This document shows positions 36,684-47,700 of a stretch of DNA of 64,000 nucleotides, one piece after another. Both the position numbers and the translations under genes were made by a program. The stretch is from Mantamonas sphyraenae STR306 (Eukaryota > Protista > CRuMs), in contig JAPMXV010000002.1 of assembly GCA_026936335.1 (NCBI GenBank), positions 375,803 through 439,802 of the forward strand, written 5' to 3'. The notes beneath the pieces are model-generated. The model did no database searches, was not told the origin of the DNA, and saw only the letters and a list, made by a program, of their open reading frames with translations. Positions within the stretch are counted from its first letter, which is position 1. Every line of letters begins with the position of its first letter.

Positions 36684-37868
36684 ATGCAAGCCAACCAATC
36701 ATCCACACACATGAGCGACAATCATGAGACGAACAACACAGTGATGTCGTATGGGGGGATGGCCACTGTGTCGGCCCTGCTCCCACAGCTGCACACGCTG
36801 CGGACGTTGACGCTGCACATGTGCGGCCTGGACGATGTGGGAGCGACCGTGCTCGCAGAGGCGCTGGAGGGCAATGTCAGGGTGGAAGAGCTGGTGTGCA
36901 CATACAACCAGGTGGGGCAAGAAGGGGCTGCAGCACTGGCGCGGCTGCTTGGGAGACACGGCAATCTGTGCGTCCTGCAGCTCACAAGCAACCGCATAGG
37001 GAGTGCCGGGGCATGCGTGCTGGCAGACAGCCTATTGGAGGACACAACGCTGCAGGTTCTGTCGCTGGGTTTCAACGGCATCGGCGACGAGGGCGCCTGC
37101 GCGCTGGGGCAGATGCTCGCCACAAACGCGTCGCTGCAGGTGCTCCAGCTTCCGTCCAATGCGATCCAAACGGAAGGGGCTCTGGGGCTTGCACAAGGCG
37201 TGAGGAACAGTTCGACCTTGCAGAGGCTGGAACTCAACAAGAACCACATGGGGAGCGAGTGCGTTGCGGCGTTTGCGTCGGCGCTCGATGGCAACAAGAC
37301 GCTGCAGAGGCTGCACCTGCGCGACAACGACTTTGGGTACGGGTTCACGGGCCCCATGCAGACAACCATGGAGGTCAACCGAACCTGCCTCGCGTTGGAA
37401 GGCCTCAGCAACGGCAAGGTGATCTTTGCGGCCAAACGCAACGTCAAGGCTGCCTCTCACTTTGTGCGCACCAGCAAGGCCGGAGACGTGGACAACATGG
37501 CGTGGAGCGTACGGTGGGGAGTGTGCGTCGACGCTTGCCCTGGTAGGTGGACGGCCTTGGAGTACGCTGTGCATGGTGAGGAAGACGCCATGGTCGAGCT
37601 CCTGAGGCAACTCGGAGCATGCGTGCGCAGGCAGACGGTGGACATTGCCAGAGAAAAGCGATGGAGGAGGGAGTGGCATTGGATTGGGGCCGCGGGCAGG
37701 GACGGCGACCAAGCGATGGAGTCGGCACTGGTGATGAACAGCGAGGAGAGGGAGGCGATGTTTGATGCAGGGGGCATGGACGAGTACGTGGAGGCGACAA
37801 AGTGGGAGAGGTGGGTGACACTGCCAGATGAGGTGATGGAGAGGATTGTGGGGTGGTTGGGAGAGTGA
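36684..37868 (+). CDS. LRR(~7)-ankyrin protein with C-terminal F-box-like tail (start 36684 or 36711)
   Basis: LRRs; WGVCVD ankyrin-like unit; tail WVTLPDEVMERIVGWLG. Confidence 0.82.
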   Translation: MQANQSSTHMSDNHETNNTVMSYGGMATVSALLPQLHTLRTLTLHMCGLDDVGATVLAEALEGNVRVEELVCTYNQVGQEGAAALARLLGRHGNLCVLQLTSNRIGSAGACVLADSLLEDTTLQVLSLGFNGIGDEGACALGQMLATNASLQVLQLPSNAIQTEGALGLAQGVRNSSTLQRLELNKNHMGSECVAAFASALDGNKTLQRLHLRDNDFGYGFTGPMQTTMEVNRTCLALEGLSNGKVIFAAKRNVKAASHFVRTSKAGDVDNMAWSVRWGVCVDACPGRWTALEYAVHGEEDAMVELLRQLGACVRRQTVDIAREKRWRREWHWIGAAGRDGDQAMESALVMNSEEREAMFDAGGMDEYVEATKWERWVTLPDEVMERIVGWLGE

Positions 37869-38002
37869 CACACGGGAGTTGGATCAGGGCGGCGCGACAG
37901 GGGGCAGGTTTGCGTAAAAAGTGCACGCGAGTGGGCAGGCAGTGCAATGTGGAGCGGGAGACATGGCTGTGCGGGTGATGAGTGAGGGATGGGAAGCGTG
38001 GA

Positions 38003-38359
38003 GTGTGTGGAGAGGACGCTGAAGACATTTGTGTCGGGCAAGGTGGGTGACAAGCTGGCGGGAGATGGAAGGGTGGAAGGGTGGAAGGGTGGACGAGGAG
38101 GGGAGTGAGGGTGTGTGGAGAGGACGCTGAAGACATTTGTGTCGGGCAAGGTGGGTGACAAGCTGGCGGGGGGGGGGGGGGGTGGAAGGGCGGAAAGGTG
38201 GACGAGGAGGCGAGTGAGGGTGTGTGGAGAGTGACGCCGAGGACATGTGTGTCGGGCAAGATGGGTGACAAGCTGGGGGGGAGATGGAAGGATGGATGAG
38301 AGAGGACTCGTGGCTATGGAGTGGGCGTGGGTGAATGGATGGGCGGGTGCTCATGAAGC
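38003..38359 (+). repeat. Left arm of ~360-bp inverted repeat (three ~110-bp internal subrepeats)
   Basis: GTGTCGGGCAAGGTGGGTGACAAGCTGG x3 plus unique tail ending CATGAAGC. Confidence 0.85.
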
Positions 38360-38992
38360 GATTGAGGGTGCGTGGAGAGGATGCCATTCCCCTTTCATCT
38401 GCTTGCTGGGCACGGCAACAACCCCAACAGGCCTCGGGTACCGGTACTGCAACACAACCCCAGAATCCAGTCCACATCGAGATGCATACAAAACGGGAAA
38501 TGGTTCTGGGTGGTGAATATGGGGTGGGCAGGGTGGGAGGAGGCGTGTGGATGGGTTGTCGTGCGGCGATGCAACGGGAGCATGGTCACAAGAATGTGTT
38601 CGGGGCTCTGATTGTCGACGTTGTGGCTGTGGAGTGGGGAACAGGGACGCAGGAGGAAGTCGTGCGTGTGTGGATGGGATGTTGAGAGAGCGTGTTGTGG
38701 AGGGATGGGAAGACCCTGGGCGAGATTCGGAGGTGTGCAGGGGTGCATGGGATGAAGCAAGGTGATCAATAGATTTTCTGTGGGCAGCGTGATGACAAGG
38801 ATGGTGTAGGGACGGATTGAAAGAGATGAGTGAGGTGGAAACGGTGGGTGGAAGTGTGCGAATTGGGGAAGCCGGCGATTGTGGGCGATGTTCCAAGGCG
38901 CATGGTGCGCTGTGACGAGGCGTGCCCGGTGAAATGGTGACACTCAAAAGGCGGTCGGGTCTCGAATTTCTCATCATGTGAACGAGAAATCC

Positions 38993-39000
38993 AAAAAAAA
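38993..39000 (-). terminator. Pol III oligo-T terminator of the tRNA
   Basis: T8 on the minus strand, 2 nt after the discriminator base. Confidence 0.8.
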
Positions 39001-39002
39001 CA

Positions 39003-39074
39003 TGGAGGCACCGGGGAATCGAACCCGGGTCGAGCCGATGCGACCGGCTCATGCTACCCCTACACCATGCCCCC
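39003..39074 (-). tRNA. tRNA-Ala(CGC)
   Basis: GGGGGCA/TGCCTCC acceptor stem with G3:U70, discriminator A; AGCCG-GTCGCAT-CGGCT anticodon arm; GGTTCGATTC T arm. Confidence 0.9.
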
Positions 39075-39406
39075 GCGGTCGACTTAAACCACTAATATAA
39101 GCCGATTCACTACTCTGTGTGAGATTTGCTTTCTTCATTTGCCGGAGTCAGCCTGGAATCGGCGGACAGCGACCATGGTGACTGCGTCACAGAATTTCGA
39201 CGTCAGCATCGCTTATATATATATCATGCATACATAAACCATACCATGCTTCCACACACGACTACGTCCCCAATGCCAACTCACCCACCATCCATACTTC
39301 GCCAGTGCTGCACACGGGCTGCACGTTTCTCGGCGGCACTGTCGCTCCACGCCACCTACCATTCCATCCACAAACAGAGACCTCTGAGTCAACATGGATT
39401 TTGATG

Positions 39407-39765
39407 GCTTCATGTGCACCCGCCCATCCATTCACCCACACCCACTCCATAGCCACAAGTCCTCTCTCATCCATCCTTCCATCTCTCCCGCCAGCTTGTC
39501 ACCCACCTTGCCCGACACACATGTCCTCGGCGTCACTCTCCACACACCCTCACTCCCCTCCTCGCCTCCTCGTCCACCCTTCCACCCCCTCCCCCCCCCC
39601 CCCCCCAGCTTGTCACCCACCTTGCCCGACACACATGTCTTCAGCGTCCTCTCCACACACCCTCACTCGCCTCCTCGTCCACCCTTCCGCCCTTCCATCT
39701 CTCCCACGCCAGCTTGTCATCCACCTTGCCCGACACACATGTCTTCAGCGTCGCTCTCCACACAC
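39407..39765 (-). repeat. Right arm of ~360-bp inverted repeat
   Basis: Reverse complement of 38003-38359 (CCAGCTTGTCACCCACCTTGCCCGACAC x3). Confidence 0.85.
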
Positions 39766-39945
39766 CCTCCCCCCCATCACCCCCCATCCACCCTCCCCCA
39801 TCCACCCCCTCCACCCTCCCACCCTTCCACCCCTCCACCCCCCCCATCCACCCTTTCCCCCCATCCACCCCTCCCCCCCCCATCCACCCCCCCACCCCTA
39901 CCCACCCCCACTCTCATGCAACCACCACCTCCCGTGAAAATCCAC

Positions 39946-40840
39946 CTAAATCTCCCCGCTCTCCACCTTGCCCACATTCTCCACCGCCTCTCCATACCTC
40001 TCCCACAAGAACCTCCCGACCAACGCCATCCCCGCCCACCACAACACCAACCCACACCCCTTGAGCACCCACACGTGCCCCTCCGGACACGCAAGCGTCA
40101 CGCACGCCGCGCACAAGATCCCCACGTGCACCGGGTCACGCCACAGCTCGTTTGCATCAAATCCCCTGTAAAACAGCACCCCTGCCGCAGCCCCGTTGAT
40201 CCCCAGCGCGGTCCACCGCGACACAAACCCGTCGGCCACCACCACCAGCGTCCCGATGGCCACCGGGCTGACCTGGTTCATCGCCGCGCTCCACTTGCGC
40301 AGATTCGCAGCACAAATGGCAGCGCCACCGCAAACGGCACCCACAACGCTTTCACGTTCTCTACCAGCGACGGACGTCCTGCCTGGCCGTCATGGATGTA
40401 CCCAGCAAAGTAGACGGCCGCGGCGACCCCGAACGCCACGAGGAAAAAGTACGGCGGCCGATCCAGGACCACCAGCGTTCCCAGCACGCTTCCGACCGCC
40501 GTCGACGCTGCAATCACCGCCTGGTTGTGTGCGCGGGCCCTTTCGTACGCCACCCTGGCCTGTTGATGGCCACTGCGGCTCTCTGCGCGCACAGCCGCTC
40601 GTGCCACGTGCCCTCCACGTCTGCAAACCTGGCTTCCCACCGCGCCTCGTCCTGCACCACCACGTCCCGCAGCCGCCGACACGTCCCCTTGAGCTGGCAT
40701 GCGCTCCCGTCGTCCAGGTGGCCCACGATCCGCGCAAGCACCTCTTCAGGTAGCCGTGGCAGCTGTGCGTCGTGCACCGCCCCAATGAAACAACTCCACG
40801 CAAGGCTTTGGCTCCAACGCCGCGAAAAGCCCATCCGCAT
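39946..40840 (-). CDS. N-terminal F-box protein with C-terminal transmembrane segments (frameshifts ~40560 and ~40320)
   Basis: LPRLPEEVLARIVGHLDDGSACQLKGTCRRLRDVV...W is a canonical F-box; hydrophobic segments continue in track ORFs 40278-40700 and 39946-40344. Confidence 0.65.
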
Positions 40841-43670
40841 GGGAAGACTCCCCTACCTGCTCGACGTCGACACGGACCTCAAGGCGACCCTTGCCGACTG
40901 TGAACCACGCGCGCGCACAACGAGCCCATCCGACCCCTTTCTCGTCGCCGCCACCCGCCGTGTCCCGCTCGTCCACGTCTGCGTGATCGTGGTCGCTCCA
41001 AAGATCACCCAGGAGGCAGCAGAGATGATACGCAGTTGCACAGAGCTGCGCGAGGGAGGCGTGGAGCGCAGCCTGCTTGTGGTGACGCAGGACACTGAGC
41101 CCGAGGACCGCGAGCTCATCGACGTCCGCGAGCTTGCGCGCGAGCTCGACGTGCCCATCAACACGGCGACGCGCACCCCAGCAGCGTCTGCGGGAGACAG
41201 TGTCGTCCTCGGCATGTGGAAAGGCCGCACACACGCCCAGACCTCGCTCGAGCACGCGCTGCTTTTCGGCCACTCGCCCAGTGTGGCCACGCTCGTCGAG
41301 CAGCGCATCGCCGATGGATGCGTCCTCTGTGGAACAGAGATGGCCTACGTGGGGCTGGCCGTCCTCTGCGACAACCTGGAGGTGCTGCTTCTGCTCCTGG
41401 ATGCCGGCTGCGACCCAAACGCAGACGTCGTCGTCCTCGACGAACCCGCCTCTGGCACCGCGAGTACCCCGGCGGTGGTCTACGCCTGGCAGAATGGCCA
41501 CGTCGACATGGTCCAGGCGCTCCTTGCCGCCGGCGCGTCCGCAGAACACCAGCTCGACGGCGTCACTCTCCTAGCCATGGCCTGGCATGAGCACGGTGAC
41601 TGGGACTCTGTCGACGCCATGCTGGCACACGGCGCCGACATCGATCGATGCACGTACATGCCGTCAAAGTATGGACGCAAACGTCAGGCTCTGCGGCGCC
41701 CTCTCCTCGCCCACGCTGCCGCCAAAGGGCTTGTCGACGACGTCAAGGCGCTGCTGCACAGGGGCGCGCGTGTCGACGCACGCGACGAGGAGGGTGTCAC
41801 TGCGCTGATGCTTGCGTTGGAGCGCTCGGTTCCCGAAATCACCACCGTGCTCCTCGAAGCCGGCGCAGATGTGTTTGCCCACGACGACTTTGGGGTGCAT
41901 TGTGCCACGTACGCGGCACTGGGTGGCATGGAGCAGATGGAGCTGCTGCTGGCGAGCGGTATCCCGCCGCCGGAGCAACTGGGCGCGGCCTTGGTCAAGG
42001 CCGGCGAGGCTGGCCTTGATGATGTCATGGCGCGCCTGCTGGACCTGGGTGCTGATCCTGCCACGCGCACAGAGTACGGACAGACGTGCCTGACCCAGGC
42101 GGCACATGAAGGACACGACGCGTGTGTGCAGCTCGCCCTCTCCACGGGCGTGCCCGTCGACCACGTGGACGGCCAAGGTGTCACGCCGCTTCAGTATGCA
42201 GTGTGCATGCAAAAGCACTCGACCATCAAGCTCATGCTGGCACACGGCGCTGACCCCAACCTGACCATGTCTGCTCTGGAGCCGGAGCAGCCCCCAAAGA
42301 CCTGCGTCGACATCCTCCTGCACCAAATGACGACCGGCTTTGACGTCGCCGATCACATGGACACCGTCATGGAGGCAGGCGGACTCATGAGTGCGTGGTA
42401 CGCGTCCTGGGCGACGGGCTTCTGCGCCCTTGCCCAATACGGATCGCCCACGTCCGTCGAAGCGTTTTTGGATGCCGGCGCAGACCCAAACTGCCGCCAC
42501 AACGGCGTCACCCCGCTCATGAGAGCGACAACGGAGGACGTCGTCGCCCTCTTGGTGCAGCGCGCAGCCGACATCGACGCAGTGGACACCCAGGGCCGCA
42601 CTGCCCTCATGCACGCGTGCAAGAGAGGCGACGGGACCGTGGTGCGTGCCCTGTTGAGCGCCGGGGCCGATGTCGCCCTGCTGGACGCAAACGGGCGCAG
42701 TGCCATCGATTGTCTGTCGCCGTACGCCCGCAGGGCGACAGCCACTGAACGGGTCCCCAATCTCTATGGCGGCAACAAGCAAAGCCCAATGGTCGAGTAT
42801 GCGCCTGAACTGTTGACTGCTGGCTGTCCGGTGTCTTTCAACACAGCAAAGGCGCTGGTGACGTCTGGGGAAGCCAGTCAGGCCGTGTTGCGCCTCGCGC
42901 TGGCATGTGGTGCTGTGGATCCCAACGCACATGATGACACCGGCGTGTCGCTGCTTGCCCTAGCGTGTGCTGGCAAATCCGTGGACCTGGTCACGTCGTT
43001 TCTGGAAGCCGGAGCCGATCCGTGCACGGCGCACAACGAGCGAACGCTGCTCATGATCTTGGTGAACACGTCTGGCACCTACGATCGTGCCATCTTTGAC
43101 GTGTTGCTGAAGTACGGCGTCGGGCGAACGATCAACACGCTCGGCAAGGTGGACGCACGTTCGGACCGCCGGTCGTTTGCGCTGCTCGAAGCGCTGCGCA
43201 AGGCCAGGTGGGACCTCGCCACGTGGCTGTTGGACGCAGGGGCTGATCCGAGCGTCTCTGTGGGTGGCGACAATGCGCTCTCGGTCATGATGTCGGACCG
43301 GCTCGACACCGAGGCGTCGGCCATGCTGAAGCAGCTGCTGAAGCAGCAGGTGCCAATCCAGGGTCAGGACGTCACAGAGTGGCTTGCGCGTCTTGTGCGT
43401 GCCCTGAACTTGCCGTGGAGTACGTACCTGCACAAGGTGGAGCCCGCGCAGGTGGATGTGGAGCTGGAGACCGCGCTCGTGATGAACATGGAGGAGCGCC
43501 ACGTGATGTTTGAGGCCGGCGGTATGGACGAGTACTGGGACGCAAAGGGAGGGGTTGGGTGGGTCACCATGCCGGATGAGGTGATGGAGAGGGTGGTGGC
43601 GTGGGTTGGAAACAGCTCCTTGCCCAGCGCCCGAAAAAAACGGACGCACAGGGAGTTTTTTCGGTGGTGA
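40839..43670 (+). CDS. Large ankyrin-repeat protein with C-terminal F-box/PRANC-like tail (start uncertain)
   Basis: Many ankyrin repeats (GVTALMLA, GVTPLQYA, GRTALMHA); tail ETALVMNMEERHVMFEAGGMDEY...WVTMPDEVMERVVAWVG. Confidence 0.85.
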   Translation: MGRLPYLLDVDTDLKATLADCEPRARTTSPSDPFLVAATRRVPLVHVCVIVVAPKITQEAAEMIRSCTELREGGVERSLLVVTQDTEPEDRELIDVRELARELDVPINTATRTPAASAGDSVVLGMWKGRTHAQTSLEHALLFGHSPSVATLVEQRIADGCVLCGTEMAYVGLAVLCDNLEVLLLLLDAGCDPNADVVVLDEPASGTASTPAVVYAWQNGHVDMVQALLAAGASAEHQLDGVTLLAMAWHEHGDWDSVDAMLAHGADIDRCTYMPSKYGRKRQALRRPLLAHAAAKGLVDDVKALLHRGARVDARDEEGVTALMLALERSVPEITTVLLEAGADVFAHDDFGVHCATYAALGGMEQMELLLASGIPPPEQLGAALVKAGEAGLDDVMARLLDLGADPATRTEYGQTCLTQAAHEGHDACVQLALSTGVPVDHVDGQGVTPLQYAVCMQKHSTIKLMLAHGADPNLTMSALEPEQPPKTCVDILLHQMTTGFDVADHMDTVMEAGGLMSAWYASWATGFCALAQYGSPTSVEAFLDAGADPNCRHNGVTPLMRATTEDVVALLVQRAADIDAVDTQGRTALMHACKRGDGTVVRALLSAGADVALLDANGRSAIDCLSPYARRATATERVPNLYGGNKQSPMVEYAPELLTAGCPVSFNTAKALVTSGEASQAVLRLALACGAVDPNAHDDTGVSLLALACAGKSVDLVTSFLEAGADPCTAHNERTLLMILVNTSGTYDRAIFDVLLKYGVGRTINTLGKVDARSDRRSFALLEALRKARWDLATWLLDAGADPSVSVGGDNALSVMMSDRLDTEASAMLKQLLKQQVPIQGQDVTEWLARLVRALNLPWSTYLHKVEPAQVDVELETALVMNMEERHVMFEAGGMDEYWDAKGGVGWVTMPDEVMERVVAWVGNSSLPSARKKRTHREFFRW

Positions 43671-43790
43671 GGTGAGGTGGGGCATGGGAGTTACACTGTA
43701 TGTAAAGTTTTGGTGCGCAGGTGCATCCAACGCACTTCACCAGAGGGAGAGAAAGGTGCTGACGTCCACGGCACCGGCACCGCAGAAGAT

Positions 43791-45505
43791 ATGGGCTTGG
43801 GAGATCACGCATGGTTGGAGTTGCTGCAGAGCGGGGACCATGGGCGGATTGTCGATGCTTTGGAGGGTCAAGGAAGGGTGAGTGGGCGCGGGAGGGTCTG
43901 CGACGAGCAAGGCCAGCGCGTGTGTTGACACGCCCCACACAGAAATTGGAGCTCCTTTACGTGAGTCTAGGAGACAAAGAAGCGGTGGCACTTGCCAAGG
44001 CGCTGGCGGAGAACCGGAATGTGCAGGCATTGAACCTCGGCGACAACAACCTCGGTGACGAAGGGGCAGCAGCGCTAGGCAAGGCGCTGGCTGAGAACAC
44101 CAAGTTGCAGACACTGGACCTCCGTGGCAACAGCATCGGGCCAGAAGGCGCAGCAGCACTGGCTCAGGGACTGCGTCAGAGCAGCTTGCAGACACTGATC
44201 CTCGAAAGGAATGACATCGGGGCAGAAGGAGCAGCCGCGCTTGCGCAGGCACTGGGTCGGACTAGCAGCTTGCACACCCTGAACCTCAGCTACAACGGCA
44301 TTGGGGCGGAAGGAGCAGCAGCCCTGACGCAGGGACTGAATCAGAGCACCAGCTTGCAGACACTGGACGTCAGCATCAACGGCATCGGGGCGCGCGGAGC
44401 AGCAGCGCTGGTGCAGGGACTGCATGAGAGCAGCAGCTTGCAGACATTGAACCTCAGCTTCAACAGGATTGGGACGGAGGGAGTAGACGCACTGGCACAG
44501 GTAGTGAGGGTGGTCAGTAGCTTGCAGACCCTGGACCTCATCAACAACGGCATTGGGGCAGAAGGAGCAGCAGTGCTGGCGCAGGCGCTGAGCGAGAGCC
44601 CCAGCCTGCAGAATCTGAATCTTATGAGCAACAGCATCCGAGCAGAAGGAGCAGCAGCACTGGCGCAAGTGCTGAGTGACAACAGCATCTTGCAGGCCCT
44701 TGATCTCAGTCACAATAGCATTGGGGACAAAGGAGCAGCAGCAGTGGGCGAGGCACTGAGTGTGAACAGCAGCGTGCAGATACTGAGCCTTGGCGGCAAC
44801 GACCTCGGTGACAAAGGCGCGGTGGCAGTGGCGCAGGGACTGGCAGAAAGCTGCACCTTGCAGACACTGAACCTCAGCTGGAACAGCGTCGGGGCAGAAG
44901 GAGCAGCGGCTCTGGGGAAGGCACTGATTGTGAACAGAAGCTTGCAGACACTGGATCTCGCCGGCAATGACCTCGACGACGAAGAAGCAGCAGCATTGAC
45001 GCTGGCCATGGAAGTCAATCGGTCGTGCTGGAAGATCGAGGGCGTTGGCGATGACGCGTTGCAGTCGCTGATGGAGAAGAACATGGAGAAGCATGTGGAG
45101 TTTGTAGAGTGTGGGGATGGGGAGAAGATGAGGGAATTGAGGGAGTGGGGTGTGCCTGTGGACACGTTTGCAGGGGATGAGGGGGAGGAGACTGCGGTGG
45201 AACGGGGTGTAAAGGGAGGGGACGAGAGGGTTGTGGAGGTGTTGCGGGCGTGGGGAGCGACGCCGAGGATGGAGACAGTGGCGATGGTGAGGGAAGAAGG
45301 GTGGAGGAAGGCGTGGCATTGGATTGGATGGGGCGGGGATGTGGATGAGGCGATGGAGGTGGCGTTGGTGATGAACGGGGAGGAGAGGGAGGTGATGTTT
45401 GCGTGCGGAGGGATGGAGGCGTATGAACCGAGTGCAGAGTGGACGACACTGCCAGATGAGGTGATGGAGAGGGTGATTGGGTGGGTGGGGAAGGTGTGGG
45501 AATGA
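43791..45505 (+). CDS. LRR(13)-ankyrin protein with C-terminal F-box-like tail; intron 43878-43942
   Basis: Exon 1 MGLGDHAWLELLQSGDHGRIVDALEGQGR|GTGAGT; tail WTTLPDEVMERVIGWVG. Confidence 0.88.
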
Positions 45506-45693
45506 AGGGCGTTCTTTTGTCCTGCGTGCGTGGGTGCATCCAACGCATTTTTGCATACGCAGAGTTTAGAACAGTCAGTCATATAGGGTAGAGAAGGGCG
45601 GGGTGGGGATCGGGGCCTTGTGCGCATGTGTGGGAGGGAGGGAGAGGCGTTGGAGGGAGTACTGACGTCCACGGGACTGGCACCGCAGGAAAC

Positions 45694-47511
45694 ATGGGCT
45701 TGGGAGATCACGAATGGTTGGAATTGTTGCAGAGCGGGGACCATGGGCAGATTGTGGAAGCTTTGGAGGGTCAAGGAAGGGTGAGTGGGCGCGGGAGGGA
45801 GCCGGGAGGGAAGGAGATTTTCTGCTGTAGGCCAGCGTGTGTGTTGACACGTCACACACAGGAATTGGAGCTGCTTTACGTGAGTCTAGGAGACAAAGAA
45901 GCGGTGGCACTTGCCAAGGCACTGGCGGAGAACCGGAATGTGCAGGCATTGAACCTCGGCAACAACAACCTCGGGGACGAAGGAGTAGCAGCGCTAGGCA
46001 AGGCGCTGGCTGAGAACAGCAAGTTGCAGACACTGGACCTCCATGGCAACTGGATCGAGCCAGAAGCAGCAGCAGCACTGGCTCAGGGACTGGGTGACAA
46101 CTCCAGCTTACAGACACTGATCCTCGAAAGGAATGACATCGGGGCAGAAGGAGCAGCGGCAATCGCGCTGGCACTGGGCCAGAGCAACACATTGCAGACT
46201 CTGGACCTTGACAGCAACGGCATCGAGGCGGAAGGAGCAGCAGCACTGGGGCAGGCACTGAGTGAGAACAGCAGCTTGCACACCCTGAACCTCAGTTGCA
46301 ATGGCATTGGGGCGGAAGGAGCAGCAGCCCTGGTGCAGGGACTGAGTCACAGCACCAGCTTGCAGACACTGGACGTCAGCATCAACGACATTGGGGCGCG
46401 CGGAGCAGCAGCGCTGGTGCAAGGACTCACTGAGAGCAGCAGCTTGCAGACATTGAACCTCAGCTTCAACGAGATTGGGGCGGAGGGAGCAGACGCACTT
46501 GCACAGGCAGTGAGGGTGGACAGCAGCTTGAAGAGCCTGGACCTCAGCAACAACTATTTTGGAGCAGAAGGAGCAGCAGTGCTGGCGCAGGCGCTGAGCG
46601 AGAGCCCCAGCCTGCAGAATCTGAACCTCGGAAGCAACAGAACAGGGGACGAGGGAGCAGCAGCACTGGCGCGAGCACTGAGTAAGAACAGCAGCTTGCA
46701 TGCTTTAGACCTCCAGAGCAACATCATCGGTGAAGAGGGAGCGGCAGCATTGGCGCAGGGACTGAGTGAGAACAGCAGCTTGCAGATACTGGACCTCGGC
46801 GGCAACGACCTCGGTGAAGTAGGCACAGCGGCACTGGCGCAGGGGCTGGCAGAAAGCTGCACCTTGCAGACACTGAACCTCAGGTGGAACGGCATTGAGG
46901 CAGAAGGAGCAGCAGCTCTGGGGGAGGCACTGATTGTGAACAGAAGCTTGCAGACACTGTACCTCGATGACAACGACATCGGTCGTAAAGGGGCAGCAGC
47001 ACTGACGCTGGCCATGGAAGTCAATCGGTCGTGCTGGAAGATCGAGGGCGTTGGCGATGACGCGTTGCAGTCGCTGATGGAGAGGAACATGGAGAAGCAT
47101 GTGGAGTTTGTAGAGTGTGGGGATGTGGAGAAGATGAGGGAATTGAGGGAGTGGGGTGTGCCTGTGGACACGTTTGCAGGGGATGGAGGGGCGGAGACTG
47201 CGCTGGAACGGGGTGCAAAGGGAGGGGACGAGAGGGTTGTGGAGGTGTTGCGGGCGTGGGGAGCGACGCCGAGGATGGAGACAGTGGCGATGGTGAGGGA
47301 AGAAGGGTGGAGGAAGGCGTGGCATTGGATTGGATGGGGCGGGGATGTGGATGAGGCGATGGAGGTGGCGTTGGTGATGAACGGGGAGGAGAGGGAGGTG
47401 ATGTTTGCGTGTGGAGGGATGGAGGCGTATGAACCGAGTGCAGAGTGGATGACTCTGCCAGATGAGGTGATGGAGAGGGTGATTGGGTGGGTGGGGAAGG
47501 TGTGGGAATGA
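45694..47511 (+). CDS. LRR(14)-ankyrin protein with C-terminal F-box-like tail; intron 45781-45861
   Basis: Tandem paralogue of the previous gene. Confidence 0.88.
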   Translation: MGLGDHEWLELLQSGDHGQIVEALEGQGRVSGRGREPGGKEIFCCRPACVLTRHTQELELLYVSLGDKEAVALAKALAENRNVQALNLGNNNLGDEGVAALGKALAENSKLQTLDLHGNWIEPEAAAALAQGLGDNSSLQTLILERNDIGAEGAAAIALALGQSNTLQTLDLDSNGIEAEGAAALGQALSENSSLHTLNLSCNGIGAEGAAALVQGLSHSTSLQTLDVSINDIGARGAAALVQGLTESSSLQTLNLSFNEIGAEGADALAQAVRVDSSLKSLDLSNNYFGAEGAAVLAQALSESPSLQNLNLGSNRTGDEGAAALARALSKNSSLHALDLQSNIIGEEGAAALAQGLSENSSLQILDLGGNDLGEVGTAALAQGLAESCTLQTLNLRWNGIEAEGAAALGEALIVNRSLQTLYLDDNDIGRKGAAALTLAMEVNRSCWKIEGVGDDALQSLMERNMEKHVEFVECGDVEKMRELREWGVPVDTFAGDGGAETALERGAKGGDERVVEVLRAWGATPRMETVAMVREEGWRKAWHWIGWGGDVDEAMEVALVMNGEEREVMFACGGMEAYEPSAEWMTLPDEVMERVIGWVGKVWE

Positions 47512-47700
47512 AGGGCGTTCTTTTGTCCTGCGTGCGTGGGTGCATCCAACGCATTTTTGCATACGCAGAGTTTAGAACAGTCAGTCATATAGGGTAGAGA
47601 AGGGCGGGGTGGGGATCGGGGCCTTGTGCGCATGTGTGGGAGGGAGGGAGAGGCGTTGGAGGGTAGTGCTGACGTCCACGGGACCGGCACCGCAGGAAAC

